From contig CBDICR010000005.1 in assembly GCA_965277425.1 (NCBI GenBank), positions 450,316 to 514,315 of the forward strand: a stretch of DNA of 64,000 nucleotides, written 5' to 3'. Under the pieces are notes generated by a model that searched no databases, was not told the DNA's origin, and was given only the letters and a program-made list of their open reading frames with translations. Positions 43,325 through 53,763 of this stretch are shown here, piece after piece (positions within the stretch are counted from its first letter, which is position 1; each line of letters starts with the position of its first letter). The stretch is from Caulobacteraceae bacterium. GTDB taxonomy: Bacteria; Pseudomonadota; Alphaproteobacteria; Caulobacterales; Caulobacteraceae. The position numbers and the translations under genes were made by a program.

Positions 43325-44101
43325 TCAACGTCCCTTGAACGCCGGCTTCCGCTTCTCGAGGAAGGCGGCCATGCCCTCCTTCTGATCTTCGAAGGCGAAG
43401 AGCGAATGGAACAGCCGGCGCTCGAGCTTGACGCCTTGCGCGAGCGGCGTCTCGAAGGCGGCGTTGACCATCTCCTTGGTCAGCATCACCGCGTTCGGCG
43501 ACAGGGCGGCGATGACCTGCGCGGCGGCCATGGCCTCCTCCATCAGCTTGTCCAGGGGAACCACGCGGCTGACCAGGCCGGCGCGCTCGGCCTCGGCGGC
43601 GTCCATCATCCGGCCGGTCAGCACCATGTCCATGGCCTTGGCCTTGCCGACGTAGCGCGGCAGGCGCTGGGTGCCCCCGGCGCCGGGCGAGACGCCCAGC
43701 GTGATCTCCGGCTGGCCGAACCGGGCGTTCTCGGCGGCGATGACGAAGTCGCACATCATGGCCAGCTCGCAGCCGCCGCCCAGCGCATAGCCCGCCACGG
43801 CCGCGATCACCGGTTTGCGGCAGCGCGCCAACTGCTCCCAGTTGCGGGTGATGAAGTCTTCGCCATAGACCTCGGCATAGGATTTCGACGCCATCTCCTT
43901 GATGTCCGCGCCGGCGGCGAAGGCGCGGTCGGAGCCGGTGATGACGATGGCGCGCACGCCGGCGTCGGCTTCCGCGGCGACCAGGGCCTGCGTCAACTCG
44001 CCGGCCAGCTGGTCGTTCAGGGCGTTCAGCGCCTGCGGCCGGTTCAGCCGGATGAGCAGGACCGCCGCATGGGCTTCGACGATCAGGGTCTCATAGGTCA
44101 T
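43325..44101 (-). CDS. enoyl-CoA hydratase (crotonase family)
   Basis: Crotonase-fold signature ([20 protein letters not shown]) and oxyanion-hole residues. Confidence 0.85.
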   Translation of the reverse strand: MTYETLIVEAHAAVLLIRLNRPQALNALNDQLAGELTQALVAAEADAGVRAIVITGSDRAFAAGADIKEMASKSYAEVYGEDFITRNWEQLARCRKPVIAAVAGYALGGGCELAMMCDFVIAAENARFGQPEITLGVSPGAGGTQRLPRYVGKAKAMDMVLTGRMMDAAEAERAGLVSRVVPLDKLMEEAMAAAQVIAALSPNAVMLTKEMVNAAFETPLAQGVKLERRLFHSLFAFEDQKEGMAAFLEKRKPAFKGR

Positions 44102-44127
44102 GGCCGCTCCAGGTCTCTTGGCTGTCG

Positions 44128-44997
44128 TCAGGGTCCATCGACCGAAACCCCCCGCGCGCGCAAGAGGGCCGGTACGCTGTCGGGCCCGACCAGATGGCCT
44201 ACCCCGACGACCATGACCGCCTCGCCGCGGCCTTGCAGCCGCGTCGCGATGGCGTCCACCCAGCGGCGGTTGCGGGCCGCCACCAGCGAACGATAGACGC
44301 CCGGCGATGAGGTGATCATCGGATCGAGCGCCTCGCGTACGATGCCGGCCGTGTCCCCATCCATCCAGGCCGTCACCAGCCGTTCATAGCTCGCCGCCCC
44401 CTGGTCGAGCTCGCCAAGCGTCTCGTCCAGCGAGGCGATCTGGTCGGCGAGCGGGGCGTTGGCGAAGAAGCCGATCTGCTCCTCGGCGGTCTCGAAGGCG
44501 CGCCGGGGAACCGAAGACGGGACCAGGGCGGCGATCTGGCGCTCGACGCCGTCTTCCTGGACGGCGCCGGCCTGGCGATAGACGGCCAGCGACAGGGTGA
44601 TCTCGGCCAGCCACGGGCGCAGGCGATCAAGGCCCTCGACGCTGACGCCGCAGCTCTGCGCGACCTTGGCGAGGCGGGCGCGGTTGGCGGCCGAGAGTTC
44701 GCCGCTCAGGCTTTCGCCCGGACCTTGCAGACCCTGGCGGGCGGCGAGCCGGGTCGCGGCCAGGCTGGAGGCGTCGTCGAGCGGGATTTCGAACCAGAGA
44801 TCGTCGGCCTTGGCCAGGGCGCGCTTCAGCCTGTCCGGCTCCCAGTCGAGGCCGGGCGGCAGGATGTGCACGGAGCCGAACAGGACGATGGTCGCGTGCG
44901 GGCCGTGCGCCACCCACACCGGCGGCTGGGCCGCCGCGGCGCCGGCCAGCAGCCAGAAACCCAGGCCGGCCAGGGCGGATGTGAGGCGGCGCATCAT
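44128..44997 (-). CDS. TraB/GumN-family protein (periplasmic, signal peptide)
   Basis: Signal peptide. The GumN-like region ([14 protein letters not shown]...[12 protein letters not shown]) places it in the TraB/GumN family. Confidence 0.55.
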   Translation of the reverse strand: MMRRLTSALAGLGFWLLAGAAAAQPPVWVAHGPHATIVLFGSVHILPPGLDWEPDRLKRALAKADDLWFEIPLDDASSLAATRLAARQGLQGPGESLSGELSAANRARLAKVAQSCGVSVEGLDRLRPWLAEITLSLAVYRQAGAVQEDGVERQIAALVPSSVPRRAFETAEEQIGFFANAPLADQIASLDETLGELDQGAASYERLVTAWMDGDTAGIVREALDPMITSSPGVYRSLVAARNRRWVDAIATRLQGRGEAVMVVGVGHLVGPDSVPALLRARGVSVDGP

Positions 44998-45031
44998 GGC
45001 GCGCGAGCCTAGGCGGCCACGATGCCGAGGG

Positions 45032-45895
45032 CTAGCGCTGACAGACCGGGCAATAAAAGGTCGAGCGACCGGCCTGCACCGTGCGCGCGATCACGCCCCG
45101 GCAACCGCGCCGCAGGCAGGGCTCGCCTTGGCGGCCATAGACGCAGAACCGGTGCTGGAAATAGCCGAGCGCGCCGTCGGCGGCAGCATAGTCGCGCAGG
45201 GTCGAGCCGCCGGCCTCGATGGCGTCTTCCAGGACCGCCCTGACCGCGGCGGCGAGGCTGGTCAGGGTCCGGGCGCCGATCTCGCCGGCGGGCCGCAAGG
45301 GCGAAATGCGCGCGCGATGCAGGGCTTCGCAGACATAGATATTGCCAAGCCCGGCCACGATGCGCTGGTCCATCAGGCTGGCCTTGACGCTCTGCCGGCG
45401 CCCGGCGAAGGCGCGGGCGAGATGGGCGCCGTCGAAGTCGGGGCCAAGCGGCTCCGGCCCCAGTCCGGCGAACCAGGGATTTGCCTCCAGCCCGTCCGAG
45501 GCGATCAGCGCCATGTAGCCGAAGCGGCGGGGGTCGAAATAGGTGACGCGGGCGCCGCGATCGGTCTCGAAGATGACGTGGGCGTGTTTGGGATCGGCCG
45601 GCGCCGCATAGTGGAACTCGCCCGGCCGCCGCGTCGCCTCGGCCCCGGCGATCTCGAACCGCCCGCTCATACCCAGGTGCATGACCAGGGTATCGCCGCG
45701 ATCGAGCGGCGCGAGCAGATATTTGGCGCGGCGGTCTAGCCGCTCGATGCGCGCGCCGGTCAGCCGCTGGACGAAGCCGTCGGGCAGGGGAAAGCGCAGA
45801 TCGGGCCGCCGGGCCTCGACGCGGACCAGCCGCGCTCCGGCCAGGGCGGGCTCAAGGCCGCGGCGGACGGTTTCAACCTCGGGAAGCTCGGGCAT
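45032..45895 (-). CDS. mutM: formamidopyrimidine-DNA glycosylase
   Basis: Starts MPELPEVE (catalytic Pro2/Glu3). H2TH domain and C-terminal zinc finger (CLRRGCRGV...YCPVCQ). Confidence 0.9.
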   Translation of the reverse strand: MPELPEVETVRRGLEPALAGARLVRVEARRPDLRFPLPDGFVQRLTGARIERLDRRAKYLLAPLDRGDTLVMHLGMSGRFEIAGAEATRRPGEFHYAAPADPKHAHVIFETDRGARVTYFDPRRFGYMALIASDGLEANPWFAGLGPEPLGPDFDGAHLARAFAGRRQSVKASLMDQRIVAGLGNIYVCEALHRARISPLRPAGEIGARTLTSLAAAVRAVLEDAIEAGGSTLRDYAAADGALGYFQHRFCVYGRQGEPCLRRGCRGVIARTVQAGRSTFYCPVCQR

Positions 45896-45986
45896 GACCG
45901 TCCTATGCCATTTTCTCAAGGCCGGCGCCGCCGCCTTGGCGCGTGCGGGATGACGCGGGGGACCTGGAAGGCTAAGACGCGGCTGC

Positions 45987-46754
45987 ATGAGCCAAGCCCC
46001 AGCCGCCTTCGGTTTCAAGGATGTCGATCCGGCCGAGAAGCCGAGGCTGGTGCGCGGCGTGTTCGATTCCGTCGCCGGGCGCTACGACCTGATGAACGAC
46101 GTGATGAGCGCCGGCGTGCATCGGGTGTGGAAGGATATCGCCGCGGTGCGGCTCAATCCCCAGCCGGGCGAGACCATTATCGATTGCGCCGGCGGCACCG
46201 GCGACATGGCGCGGCGGCTGGCCAAACTGGCCGAAGGCGCGCGCAAGCGGCGTGGCGGCGAGGCGGCGCGGCTGATCGTGGTCGACTATAACCAAGAGAT
46301 GCTGGGCGTCGGCCGCGCGCGCGAGACCGCGCCGCAGATCGTCTGGAGCGTCGGCGACGCCCAGGCCCTGCCGCTGCCGGACGCCTGCGCCGACGCCTAT
46401 ATGATCGCCTTTGGCATCCGCAACGTCACCGACATCGGCGCGGCGCTCGCCGAAGCGCGCCGGGTTCTGAAGCCGGGCGGACGGTTCGTCTGCCTGGAAT
46501 TCTCCAAGCCGGTGACCGAGGCGCTGGCAGGCGTCTACGACGCCTATTCGTTCAAGCTCATCCCCAGGCTCGGCCAATGGATCGGCGGCGACCGCGAGGC
46601 CTACCAGTACCTGGTCGAAAGCATCCGCCGGTTTCCCGACCAGGCGGCCTTCGCCGGCCTGATGCGCGAAGCCGGTTTCGGCCGCGTCGCCTGGAGCAAT
46701 CTGACCGGCGGCGTCGCCGCCGTGCACCAGGGCTGGGCGATCAGCGCTCCATGA
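45987..46754 (+). CDS. ubiE: ubiquinone/menaquinone biosynthesis C-methyltransferase UbiE
   Basis: SAM-binding motif ([12 protein letters not shown]) and UbiE-type N-terminus ([31 protein letters not shown]). Confidence 0.9.
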   Translation: MSQAPAAFGFKDVDPAEKPRLVRGVFDSVAGRYDLMNDVMSAGVHRVWKDIAAVRLNPQPGETIIDCAGGTGDMARRLAKLAEGARKRRGGEAARLIVVDYNQEMLGVGRARETAPQIVWSVGDAQALPLPDACADAYMIAFGIRNVTDIGAALAEARRVLKPGGRFVCLEFSKPVTEALAGVYDAYSFKLIPRLGQWIGGDREAYQYLVESIRRFPDQAAFAGLMREAGFGRVAWSNLTGGVAAVHQGWAISAP

Positions 46755-48265
46755 GCGACGCCGCCGCGCTTGGCCGGTTCATCGCCGCGGGCTGGGTGCT
46801 GGTCCGCGCCGACGCGCTTATCCCCAAGGAGATCGATCATCTGTTGCCGCCGTCCAGCCGGGCGCTGGCGCGGACCTTGCGGCTGTTCAGCGGGCCGGAG
46901 GCCCGGCGCGGACGGCCGGGCGAGCGGCTGGCGAGGACGTTCGAACGCCTGGGACCCGTCTCCATCAAGCTCGGCCAGGTTCTCTCGACCCGCGCCGACA
47001 TCTTCGGCCGCGCCTTCGCCGAGGATCTGGCCAAGCTGAAGGACCAGCTGCCGCCCTTTGCGACCGACCTGGCCAAGGCCGAGGTGGTCGCCTCGCTGGA
47101 TCGGCCGCTCGACAGCCTCTTCGCGAGCTTCGGCGAGCCGATCGCCGCGGCCTCGATCGCCCAGGCGCATCCGGCGACCCTGCTCGACGGCCGGCGCGTG
47201 GCGGTCAAGGTGCTGCGCCCGGGCATAGAGGCCCAGGTGGCGCGCGACATCGAGGTCTTGCGCCTGGCCGCGGCCCTGGTCGAACGCCATGTGCCGCCGG
47301 CGCGCCGGCTGGAGCCCATCCTTCTGGTCGAGACCGCCGCGCGGGTGCTGGAGCTGGAGCTGGACCTGCGCTTCGAGGCGGCGGGCGCCAGCGAACTGGC
47401 CGAAGTCATGGCTGGCGACGGCTTCATGCGGGCGCCGCCGGTGGTCTGGGCGGGCGTCGGCAAGCGGGTGCTGACGCTCGACTGGGCCGAGGGCGTGGCG
47501 CTCACCGATCCGGCGGCGCTGGACCAGCCCGGCCTGGATCGCAAGGGGCTGGCCGACAAGCTGGTTCAGGCCTTTCTCTCCCAGGCCCTGGACCACGGCG
47601 TCTTCCACGCCGACCTGCACGAGGGCAACCTGTTCGTGGGGCCGCCGTCGGTGATCACGGCGGTGGATTTCGGCATCATCGGCCGGCTCGACGCCAACGC
47701 CCGCAAGCACCTGGCCGAGATCCTGTGGGGCTTCCTGCGGCGCGACTATATGCGGGTCGCCAGGGCGCATTTCGACGTCGGCTATGTGCCGGCGCACCAT
47801 TCGGTCGAGGCCTTCGCCCAGGCGCTGCGGGCCGTTGGCGAGCCCAATGTCGGCCAGCCGGCCGGGGCGGTCTCCATGGGCCGGCTGCTCGGCCTGCTGT
47901 TCGAGATCACCGCGCTTTTCGACATGCGGCTGCGCCCGGAACTGGTCCTGCTGCAAAAGACCATGGTCACGGTCGAGGGCGTGGCGCGGCGCATCGATCC
48001 CGGCCACAACCTTTGGGCCGCCGCCGAGCCGGTGGTCAGCCGCTGGATCGCGCGCGAGCTTTCCCCGGTCGCCCGGGTCCGCGAGCTGGCCGACGACGCC
48101 GCCCGGGCGTTGAAAGCCATCGCCCGCATGGCCGAGCCGGCGGCGCCGGCCACGGTGGTGGTCGAGACGAAGGCCCGCCGCGCCAACGGCCTGTGGTGGT
48201 TTGCGCTCGGCGCCGCGGCGTCCGGCCTGGCCTTCGCCGCGGCGAGCCTCGTCCTGAACCGCTAG
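46751..48265 (+). CDS. ubiB: ubiquinone biosynthesis protein UbiB (ABC1/ADCK atypical kinase)
   Basis: ABC1 kinase-like motifs ([28 protein letters not shown]). Two C-terminal TM helices. The start overlaps the ubiE stop by 4 bp. Confidence 0.9.
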   Translation: MSDAAALGRFIAAGWVLVRADALIPKEIDHLLPPSSRALARTLRLFSGPEARRGRPGERLARTFERLGPVSIKLGQVLSTRADIFGRAFAEDLAKLKDQLPPFATDLAKAEVVASLDRPLDSLFASFGEPIAAASIAQAHPATLLDGRRVAVKVLRPGIEAQVARDIEVLRLAAALVERHVPPARRLEPILLVETAARVLELELDLRFEAAGASELAEVMAGDGFMRAPPVVWAGVGKRVLTLDWAEGVALTDPAALDQPGLDRKGLADKLVQAFLSQALDHGVFHADLHEGNLFVGPPSVITAVDFGIIGRLDANARKHLAEILWGFLRRDYMRVARAHFDVGYVPAHHSVEAFAQALRAVGEPNVGQPAGAVSMGRLLGLLFEITALFDMRLRPELVLLQKTMVTVEGVARRIDPGHNLWAAAEPVVSRWIARELSPVARVRELADDAARALKAIARMAEPAAPATVVVETKARRANGLWWFALGAAASGLAFAAASLVLNR

Positions 48266-48894
48266 CCCTGGTCGTCCGAAGAATCGCGATCGCTCGACCG
48301 GCGGCTATAGCCGCGATCGCCTTGCCGATCCGAACCGTCTGCGCCCTCCGACTGGCGCGCCACCTGTTCGTCCCAATAGGACTTGCCGGCCTGCGGCTTG
48401 AACATGGTCCGGGGCGCGCCCGCCTTGGTCACGACGGCGAAGATGTTGCGCTTGGGATCGTAGAGCAGCTTGTCGCCATTGCTGCGCGTCAGGCTCAGCG
48501 CATCCTTGGGCGGCGAGGTCGTGAAGGCGTGCGCCTTGGCCACGAAGTCGTCGAGATTGCGCGCGTCGAAGTCGGCGCCGTCGCGTTGAAACTGATAGTT
48601 GGCGTTCTCCTCGGCCGTATGGCGCTTATTGGCCGCCCACATCGGCTTGCCGTCGACAAGGGCGACGGGCTCACGCCGTGCGTCGCCGCGATCGGTGCTG
48701 TCGCCCCCGCTCGGCGCGCCGCGCTCATTATCGGCCGCGACCGTACTATCGGCGGCGCCGCCGGCGCCGGCGGTGTGATCGCGCGCCGCGGTCGCCGAAC
48801 CGCCGTCGCAGCCGCCAAGCGTGATCGCCGCACCGGCCAAAAGCGCCGCGATCGCGGCGTAACTCAAGGTCTTTCCCATAACCCAGCCTTTCAT
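48262..48894 (-). CDS. low-complexity putative lipoprotein (hypothetical)
   Basis: Signal peptide with an LGGC lipobox. Asp/Ser/Gly-rich. No recognisable domain. Confidence 0.4.
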   Translation of the reverse strand: MKGWVMGKTLSYAAIAALLAGAAITLGGCDGGSATAARDHTAGAGGAADSTVAADNERGAPSGGDSTDRGDARREPVALVDGKPMWAANKRHTAEENANYQFQRDGADFDARNLDDFVAKAHAFTTSPPKDALSLTRSNGDKLLYDPKRNIFAVVTKAGAPRTMFKPQAGKSYWDEQVARQSEGADGSDRQGDRGYSRRSSDRDSSDDQG

Positions 48895-48994
48895 CCAGAT
48901 TGCCCTGTGAACAAACTAAGAACAACTTTGCGCGTTTGTCCAGACCCCGATGAAACGCTAAGGAGCGGGCGCATTTCAGCGAGGCGGCGGCGAC

Positions 48995-50191
48995 GTGGAC
49001 GACAGGCGGGTGCTTCTGATCGTGGGCGGCGGCATCGCCGCCTACAAGGCGCTGGAGCTGACCCGGCTTTTGCGCAAGGCCGGCATCGCGGTGCGGCCGA
49101 TCCTGACCCGCGCCGGCGCCCAGTTCGTTACGCCGCTGTCGCTGGCCGCTCTGGCCGAAGACAAAGTCCATGGCGAGCTCTTCTCGCTCACCGACGAGGC
49201 GGAGATGGGCCATATCGAGCTGTCCCGCTCGGCGGACCTGGTGGTGGTCGCCCCCGCCACCGCCGACCTGATGGCCAAGGCCGCGGCCGGCCTGGCCGAC
49301 GACCTGGCCTCGACCACCCTGCTCGCCACCGACAAGCCGGTGCTGATGGCGCCGGCGATGAACGTGCGCATGTGGGAACATGCCGCGACCCGGCGAAACC
49401 TGGCGACCCTGCGGGCGGACGGCGTCACCATCATCGGCCCGGACGAGGGCGCCATGGCCTGCGGCGAGTACGGGCCGGGGCGCCTGGCCGAACCGCAGGC
49501 GATCTTCGAGGCCATTCTCGCCGCCCTGGATGCGGGCTCGGCCAGGCCGCTGGCCGGCAAGCGGGTCCTGGTCACCGCCGGCCCGACCGCCGAGCCGATC
49601 GATCCGGTGCGCGTGCTGACCAACCGCTCCAGCGGCAAGCAGGGCTACGCCATCGCCGAGGCGCTGGCCCGGCTGGGCGCGCGGGTCGTCCTGGTCTCCG
49701 GCCCGACGGCCCTGCCCGCGCCGCGCGGCGTCGACCGCTTCATGGTCGAGAGCGCGCGCGAGATGCTGGCCGCCTCGCTCCGGGCCTTGCCGGTCGACGC
49801 CGCCGTCTGCGTCGCGGCCGTCGCCGACTGGCGCGCCGACGAGGTGTTCGGGGTCAAGCTGAAGAAGGGCAAGGACGGGCCGCCCGCCCTCAGGCTGGTG
49901 GAAAATCCCGACATCCTGGCCACCCTCGCCGCGGCCGGCCCCGATCGTCCGAAACTGGTCGTCGGCTTCGCGGCGGAAACCGGCGACCTGGAAATGCAGG
50001 CGCGGGCCAAGCTGGCGCGCAAGGGCTGCGACTGGATCGTCGCCAACAATGTCGCCGACGAGGGGATCATGGGCGGCGACGAGAACCAGGTGCTGCTGGT
50101 CTATCCGCAGGGCCTGGACGCCTGGCCGCGCCTTTCCAAGACCGAGGTCGCCCACCGTCTGGCGGCGCGGATCGCCGAGAACCTGGCGTGA
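48995..50191 (+). CDS. coaBC: bifunctional phosphopantothenoylcysteine decarboxylase / phosphopantothenate--cysteine ligase
   Basis: An N-terminal flavoprotein decarboxylase domain ([16 protein letters not shown]...APAMN) and a C-terminal CoaB ligase domain ([10 protein letters not shown]...DWR). Confidence 0.9.
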   Translation: MDDRRVLLIVGGGIAAYKALELTRLLRKAGIAVRPILTRAGAQFVTPLSLAALAEDKVHGELFSLTDEAEMGHIELSRSADLVVVAPATADLMAKAAAGLADDLASTTLLATDKPVLMAPAMNVRMWEHAATRRNLATLRADGVTIIGPDEGAMACGEYGPGRLAEPQAIFEAILAALDAGSARPLAGKRVLVTAGPTAEPIDPVRVLTNRSSGKQGYAIAEALARLGARVVLVSGPTALPAPRGVDRFMVESAREMLAASLRALPVDAAVCVAAVADWRADEVFGVKLKKGKDGPPALRLVENPDILATLAAAGPDRPKLVVGFAAETGDLEMQARAKLARKGCDWIVANNVADEGIMGGDENQVLLVYPQGLDAWPRLSKTEVAHRLAARIAENLA

Positions 50192-50643
50192 CCCCTGTCA
50201 TCGAGATCGTCCGCCTGGCCCATGCCGAGGGCCTGCCGCTGCCGGCCTACGAGACCGAACACGCCGCCGGCATGGACCTGCGCGCCGCGCTCGCCGAGGA
50301 CGCGCCGCTGACTCTGCCGCCGGGAAAGCGCGACGCCGTTCCGACCGGCCTGACCATGGCCATACCGCCGGGGTTCGAGGGCCAGGTTCGGCCACGCTCG
50401 GGCCTGGCGCTGCGCGCCGGGGTCACCTGCCTGAACACGCCAGGCACGATCGACGCCGATTATCGCGGCGAGGTGAAGGTGATCCTGATCAATCTCGGCG
50501 AGGAGGATTTCATCATCCGGCGCGGCGACCGCATCGCCCAACTGGTCATCGCGCCGGTGACCGGCGCGGGCTGGAGCGAGGTCGCGACGCTGGACGACAC
50601 CGCGCGCGGCCAGGGCGGTTTCGGCTCGACCGGCGGCCGCTGA
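50188..50643 (+). CDS. dut: dUTP diphosphatase
   Basis: 151 aa with dUTPase motifs ([23 protein letters not shown]). The GTG start overlaps the coaBC stop. It is the C-terminus of a spurious 972-aa six-frame ORF. Confidence 0.9.
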   Translation: MTPVIEIVRLAHAEGLPLPAYETEHAAGMDLRAALAEDAPLTLPPGKRDAVPTGLTMAIPPGFEGQVRPRSGLALRAGVTCLNTPGTIDADYRGEVKVILINLGEEDFIIRRGDRIAQLVIAPVTGAGWSEVATLDDTARGQGGFGSTGGR

Positions 50644-50779
50644 CGGGCCTTTAGGACCCGTGTCCGGAATGTGTCGGCTAAGTGACTGAATTCCTGCATT
50701 TTCCACATAAGTTCTATTTTTGTTCTTGATCCGCTCCAGACGTCATGCTGAAGTTGTGGATAAGTCGGGGAGCTCTTCC

Positions 50780-52330
50780 ATGGTTGCGCGGGTCGTCACG
50801 GTGGCCTTCCAGGGCGTGGAAGCGCGGCGCGTCGATGTCGAAGTCCAGCTCACCAACGGGGAATTCGCCTTTGTCATCGTCGGCCTCGGCGACAAGGCCG
50901 TGGCGGAAAGCCGCGAGCGCGTCCGCGCGGCCTTCACCGGCTTAGGGCTCGCCCTGCCCGGCAAACATATCGTGGTCAATCTCGCCCCCGCCGACCTGCC
51001 CAAGGAAGGCAGCCACTATGACCTGCCGATCGCGCTCTCGATCATGGCGGCCATGGGCATCGTCCCGCCGGACACCCTGAACGACTGGGCGGCCGTCGGC
51101 GAGCTTGGCCTCGATGGCCGCATCGCCGCCGTCGCCGGGGTGTTGCCGGCCGCGGTGGCGGCCAGCGCCATGGGGCTCGGCCTGATCTGCCCCGAGGCCT
51201 CGGGTCCGGAAGCCGCCTGGGTCGGCGACTGCCGCGTGCTCGCGCCCAAGTCGCTGATCTCGCTGGTCAACCATTTCCGGGGCGTGCAGGTGATGGGCGC
51301 ACCGACGCCCGGGCCGGCGCTGAACGGGCCGCCGACGGCCGACCTGCGCGATGTCAAGGGCCAGGAGGGCGCCAAGCGAGCTCTGGAGATCGCCGCGGCC
51401 GGCGGCCACAACCTGCTCTTCGTCGGCCCGCCGGGCTCCGGCAAGTCGATGCTGGCCCAGCGCCTGCCGGGCCTTTTGCCGCCGCTGTCGCCGAGCGAGC
51501 TCCTGGAAACCTCCATGGTGCATTCGGTGGCCGGCCTGATCGCGCGCGGCGCCCTGACCCGCGCCCGGCCCTTCCGCAGCCCGCACCACTCCGCCTCCAT
51601 GGCCGCCCTGACCGGCGGCGGCCTGCGCGCCAAGCCCGGCGAGGTCTCGCTCGCGCACAACGGCGTCCTGTTCCTGGACGAACTCCCGGAATTCACCGCC
51701 CAGGCCCTGGACAGCCTGCGCGCGCCGCTCGAAACCGGCGAGGTGGTCGTGGCCCGCGCCAACGCCCACGTGCGCTATCCGGCCCGCGTGCAGCTGGTGG
51801 CGGCCATGAATCCCTGCCGCTGCGGCCATGGCGGCCTCGGGCGCGGCGCTTGCGGACGCGCGCCACGCTGCCAGCAGACCTATCAGAGCCGCATCTCCGG
51901 CCCGCTGCTCGACCGCATCGACCTGCAGGTCGAGGTGCCGCCGGTGACCGCGACCGATCTGGCCCTGCCCGCAGCGGCGGAAGGCACGGCCGAGGCCGCC
52001 GCCCGCGTCGCCCAGGCCCGCGCCGCGCAAGGCCAGCGCGCCCGCGAAGCCGGCGAGGACGCCGCGCCTATCAACGCCCGCGCCGACGGCGGCTTTCTGG
52101 AAAAGATCGCCGCCCTCGACCAGCCGGCCGCCGCGCTGCTGTCCAAGGCCGCCCAGGCTAACAACCTGACCGCCCGCGGCTGGACCCGCACGCTGAAGCT
52201 CGCCCGCACCATCGCCGACCTGGACGGCGCGACCGCCGTGCGCCGCCTGCACGTGGCCGAGGCGCTGATCTATCGCCGCGTCGGGCCGTCGGCCGGGATC
52301 GGTGAGGCGAGAGCTAACGTCTTTGGATGA
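50780..52330 (+). CDS. YifB/ComM-family Mg-chelatase-like AAA+ ATPase
   Basis: Lon-like N-terminal domain. Walker A (GPPGSGKSML), Walker B (VLFLDELPEF) and a C-terminal ChlI-type domain. Confidence 0.85.
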   Translation: MVARVVTVAFQGVEARRVDVEVQLTNGEFAFVIVGLGDKAVAESRERVRAAFTGLGLALPGKHIVVNLAPADLPKEGSHYDLPIALSIMAAMGIVPPDTLNDWAAVGELGLDGRIAAVAGVLPAAVAASAMGLGLICPEASGPEAAWVGDCRVLAPKSLISLVNHFRGVQVMGAPTPGPALNGPPTADLRDVKGQEGAKRALEIAAAGGHNLLFVGPPGSGKSMLAQRLPGLLPPLSPSELLETSMVHSVAGLIARGALTRARPFRSPHHSASMAALTGGGLRAKPGEVSLAHNGVLFLDELPEFTAQALDSLRAPLETGEVVVARANAHVRYPARVQLVAAMNPCRCGHGGLGRGACGRAPRCQQTYQSRISGPLLDRIDLQVEVPPVTATDLALPAAAEGTAEAAARVAQARAAQGQRAREAGEDAAPINARADGGFLEKIAALDQPAAALLSKAAQANNLTARGWTRTLKLARTIADLDGATAVRRLHVAEALIYRRVGPSAGIGEARANVFG

Positions 52331-52456
52331 ATTCTCAAGGTGCGCTCACGCCTCGCCGCCATCACTGCCGGTCCTCCATTTTCGGCAAGCAGGCGCGGCG
52401 TTTGACGATAACTTGGGGTGACGCGTAAGCCCCGCCATCCGTAGGCATGAGAAACG

Positions 52457-53581
52457 ATGCCCAATCCCAAGACTGTTCTCGTTGTCGTGATAGGTTTGAC
52501 GGCGCTGCCGGCAGGCGCGGCGACAGCGGCGGTCTGGCCCCACGCCTTCGGAGCGCCCAGCAATTCCCAATGCCGCCAAGCCTACCAGCTGGCGGCGGCG
52601 GCGTTTAAGTCAACCAACGCCTCGCTACTCTGGCCGATCGAGCCGCCGCGGGATTTGGGAAGCGTATTCAGTCTCTACACGACCGCGAAGGACATCAGCG
52701 GCGGTGACGGACTTTCCAATAACCCAAAGACATTTTCCGAAATTTCATCAACAAAATCAGACGGCAAGGCGCTCAGAGTCTTCTGGCAAGACCGGCCTGG
52801 GAATGGCAAGCGGATTGTGGTTACGGACGAAGCCTTCAACGAGGACGGCGATTTTTATACGACCTACGTATTGAACGCAGATATCAAATCGACTGAACTG
52901 ACGAAATATATCGACTCTGATTATCAAACAAAACCGATCTACGAACCCCTTCTCGGCAGCAACAGGTGGAACCCACCGCGCGTTCTCACCGACAATAAGA
53001 CCGGAGCAAGCTGGCTCATTGATTCTGGAGAGCCCTACCAGAGCTTAGCGGATTGGCGAGTTTATACCGTAGACGGCGGTGGCGCACGCTCTTCGTGCAT
53101 CATCAGCTTCCGTCCAAAGGCGAAATTGCCGGTGTCGCTCATGCCCGAACCGGTGCGTCGGTTCTCGAACCTGCTGGACGCGGCCTTGGGGCCGGGCAGG
53201 GACGAGGGCACGCTTCAGCCCACCGCCAGAATCCGGGTGGCTGTCGCCCAAGCGTGGGCAAACGCAAGCTTTCGACCCTGGGCGCTGATTGACGCCCCGT
53301 ACAACACCCGGGCAGAGGTCGATGACGGGCTCAAGCATTGGGCGGACGGTTCAGTCAAGCGTTTAGCGGTCTACAAAGCTATTCGCGCCCAATACTCAGG
53401 CGCGAGAGAGGCTCTTACAAATTATTATGAGCACCGTTTCAAGCTGCCAACAACGACTGCGCGGAAGATGGGCGCGTATGTGGCTGACCTGATGTACCGA
53501 GAATACTTTGTCTTACCGCGCGAAAACAAATATAACGGCGCTCAGCCGTCGCAAAACCCCTGGCCGAGCGGGATTAGATAG
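52457..53581 (+). CDS. orphan secreted protein (hypothetical), in a lower-GC segment
   Basis: Signal peptide (MPNPKTVLVVVIGLTALPAGAATAA). 374 aa, Asn/Lys/Tyr-richer than the flanks. Codon usage is visibly AT-shifted. No recognisable domain. Confidence 0.5.
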   Translation: MPNPKTVLVVVIGLTALPAGAATAAVWPHAFGAPSNSQCRQAYQLAAAAFKSTNASLLWPIEPPRDLGSVFSLYTTAKDISGGDGLSNNPKTFSEISSTKSDGKALRVFWQDRPGNGKRIVVTDEAFNEDGDFYTTYVLNADIKSTELTKYIDSDYQTKPIYEPLLGSNRWNPPRVLTDNKTGASWLIDSGEPYQSLADWRVYTVDGGGARSSCIISFRPKAKLPVSLMPEPVRRFSNLLDAALGPGRDEGTLQPTARIRVAVAQAWANASFRPWALIDAPYNTRAEVDDGLKHWADGSVKRLAVYKAIRAQYSGAREALTNYYEHRFKLPTTTARKMGAYVADLMYREYFVLPRENKYNGAQPSQNPWPSGIR

Positions 53582-53763
53582 GACGTGTTCGGGCGACTTG
53601 TCCCGGGTTACCGTCGCCGCCCGTATTGGAGTTCGGCCGTGAATCGAGAGACGGCGCACCGATCTCAGCGATGGCGCGACGGCTTTATGCTGACCGGCTT
53701 GCGAGACTGAGCCGCCAGGGTTTGACCCCCCGTTAAGTCGCGCGGCGGTAATCTTACCGCATC

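Noticed and set aside
47725-50643. 972-aa plus-strand ORF spanning ubiB, a lipoprotein gene, coaBC and dut
   Set aside because: Arg/Gly/Pro-rich translation typical of an out-of-frame read through high-GC DNA. Only its last 151 codons (50188-50643) correspond to dUTPase. The rest overlaps well-supported genes in other frames.
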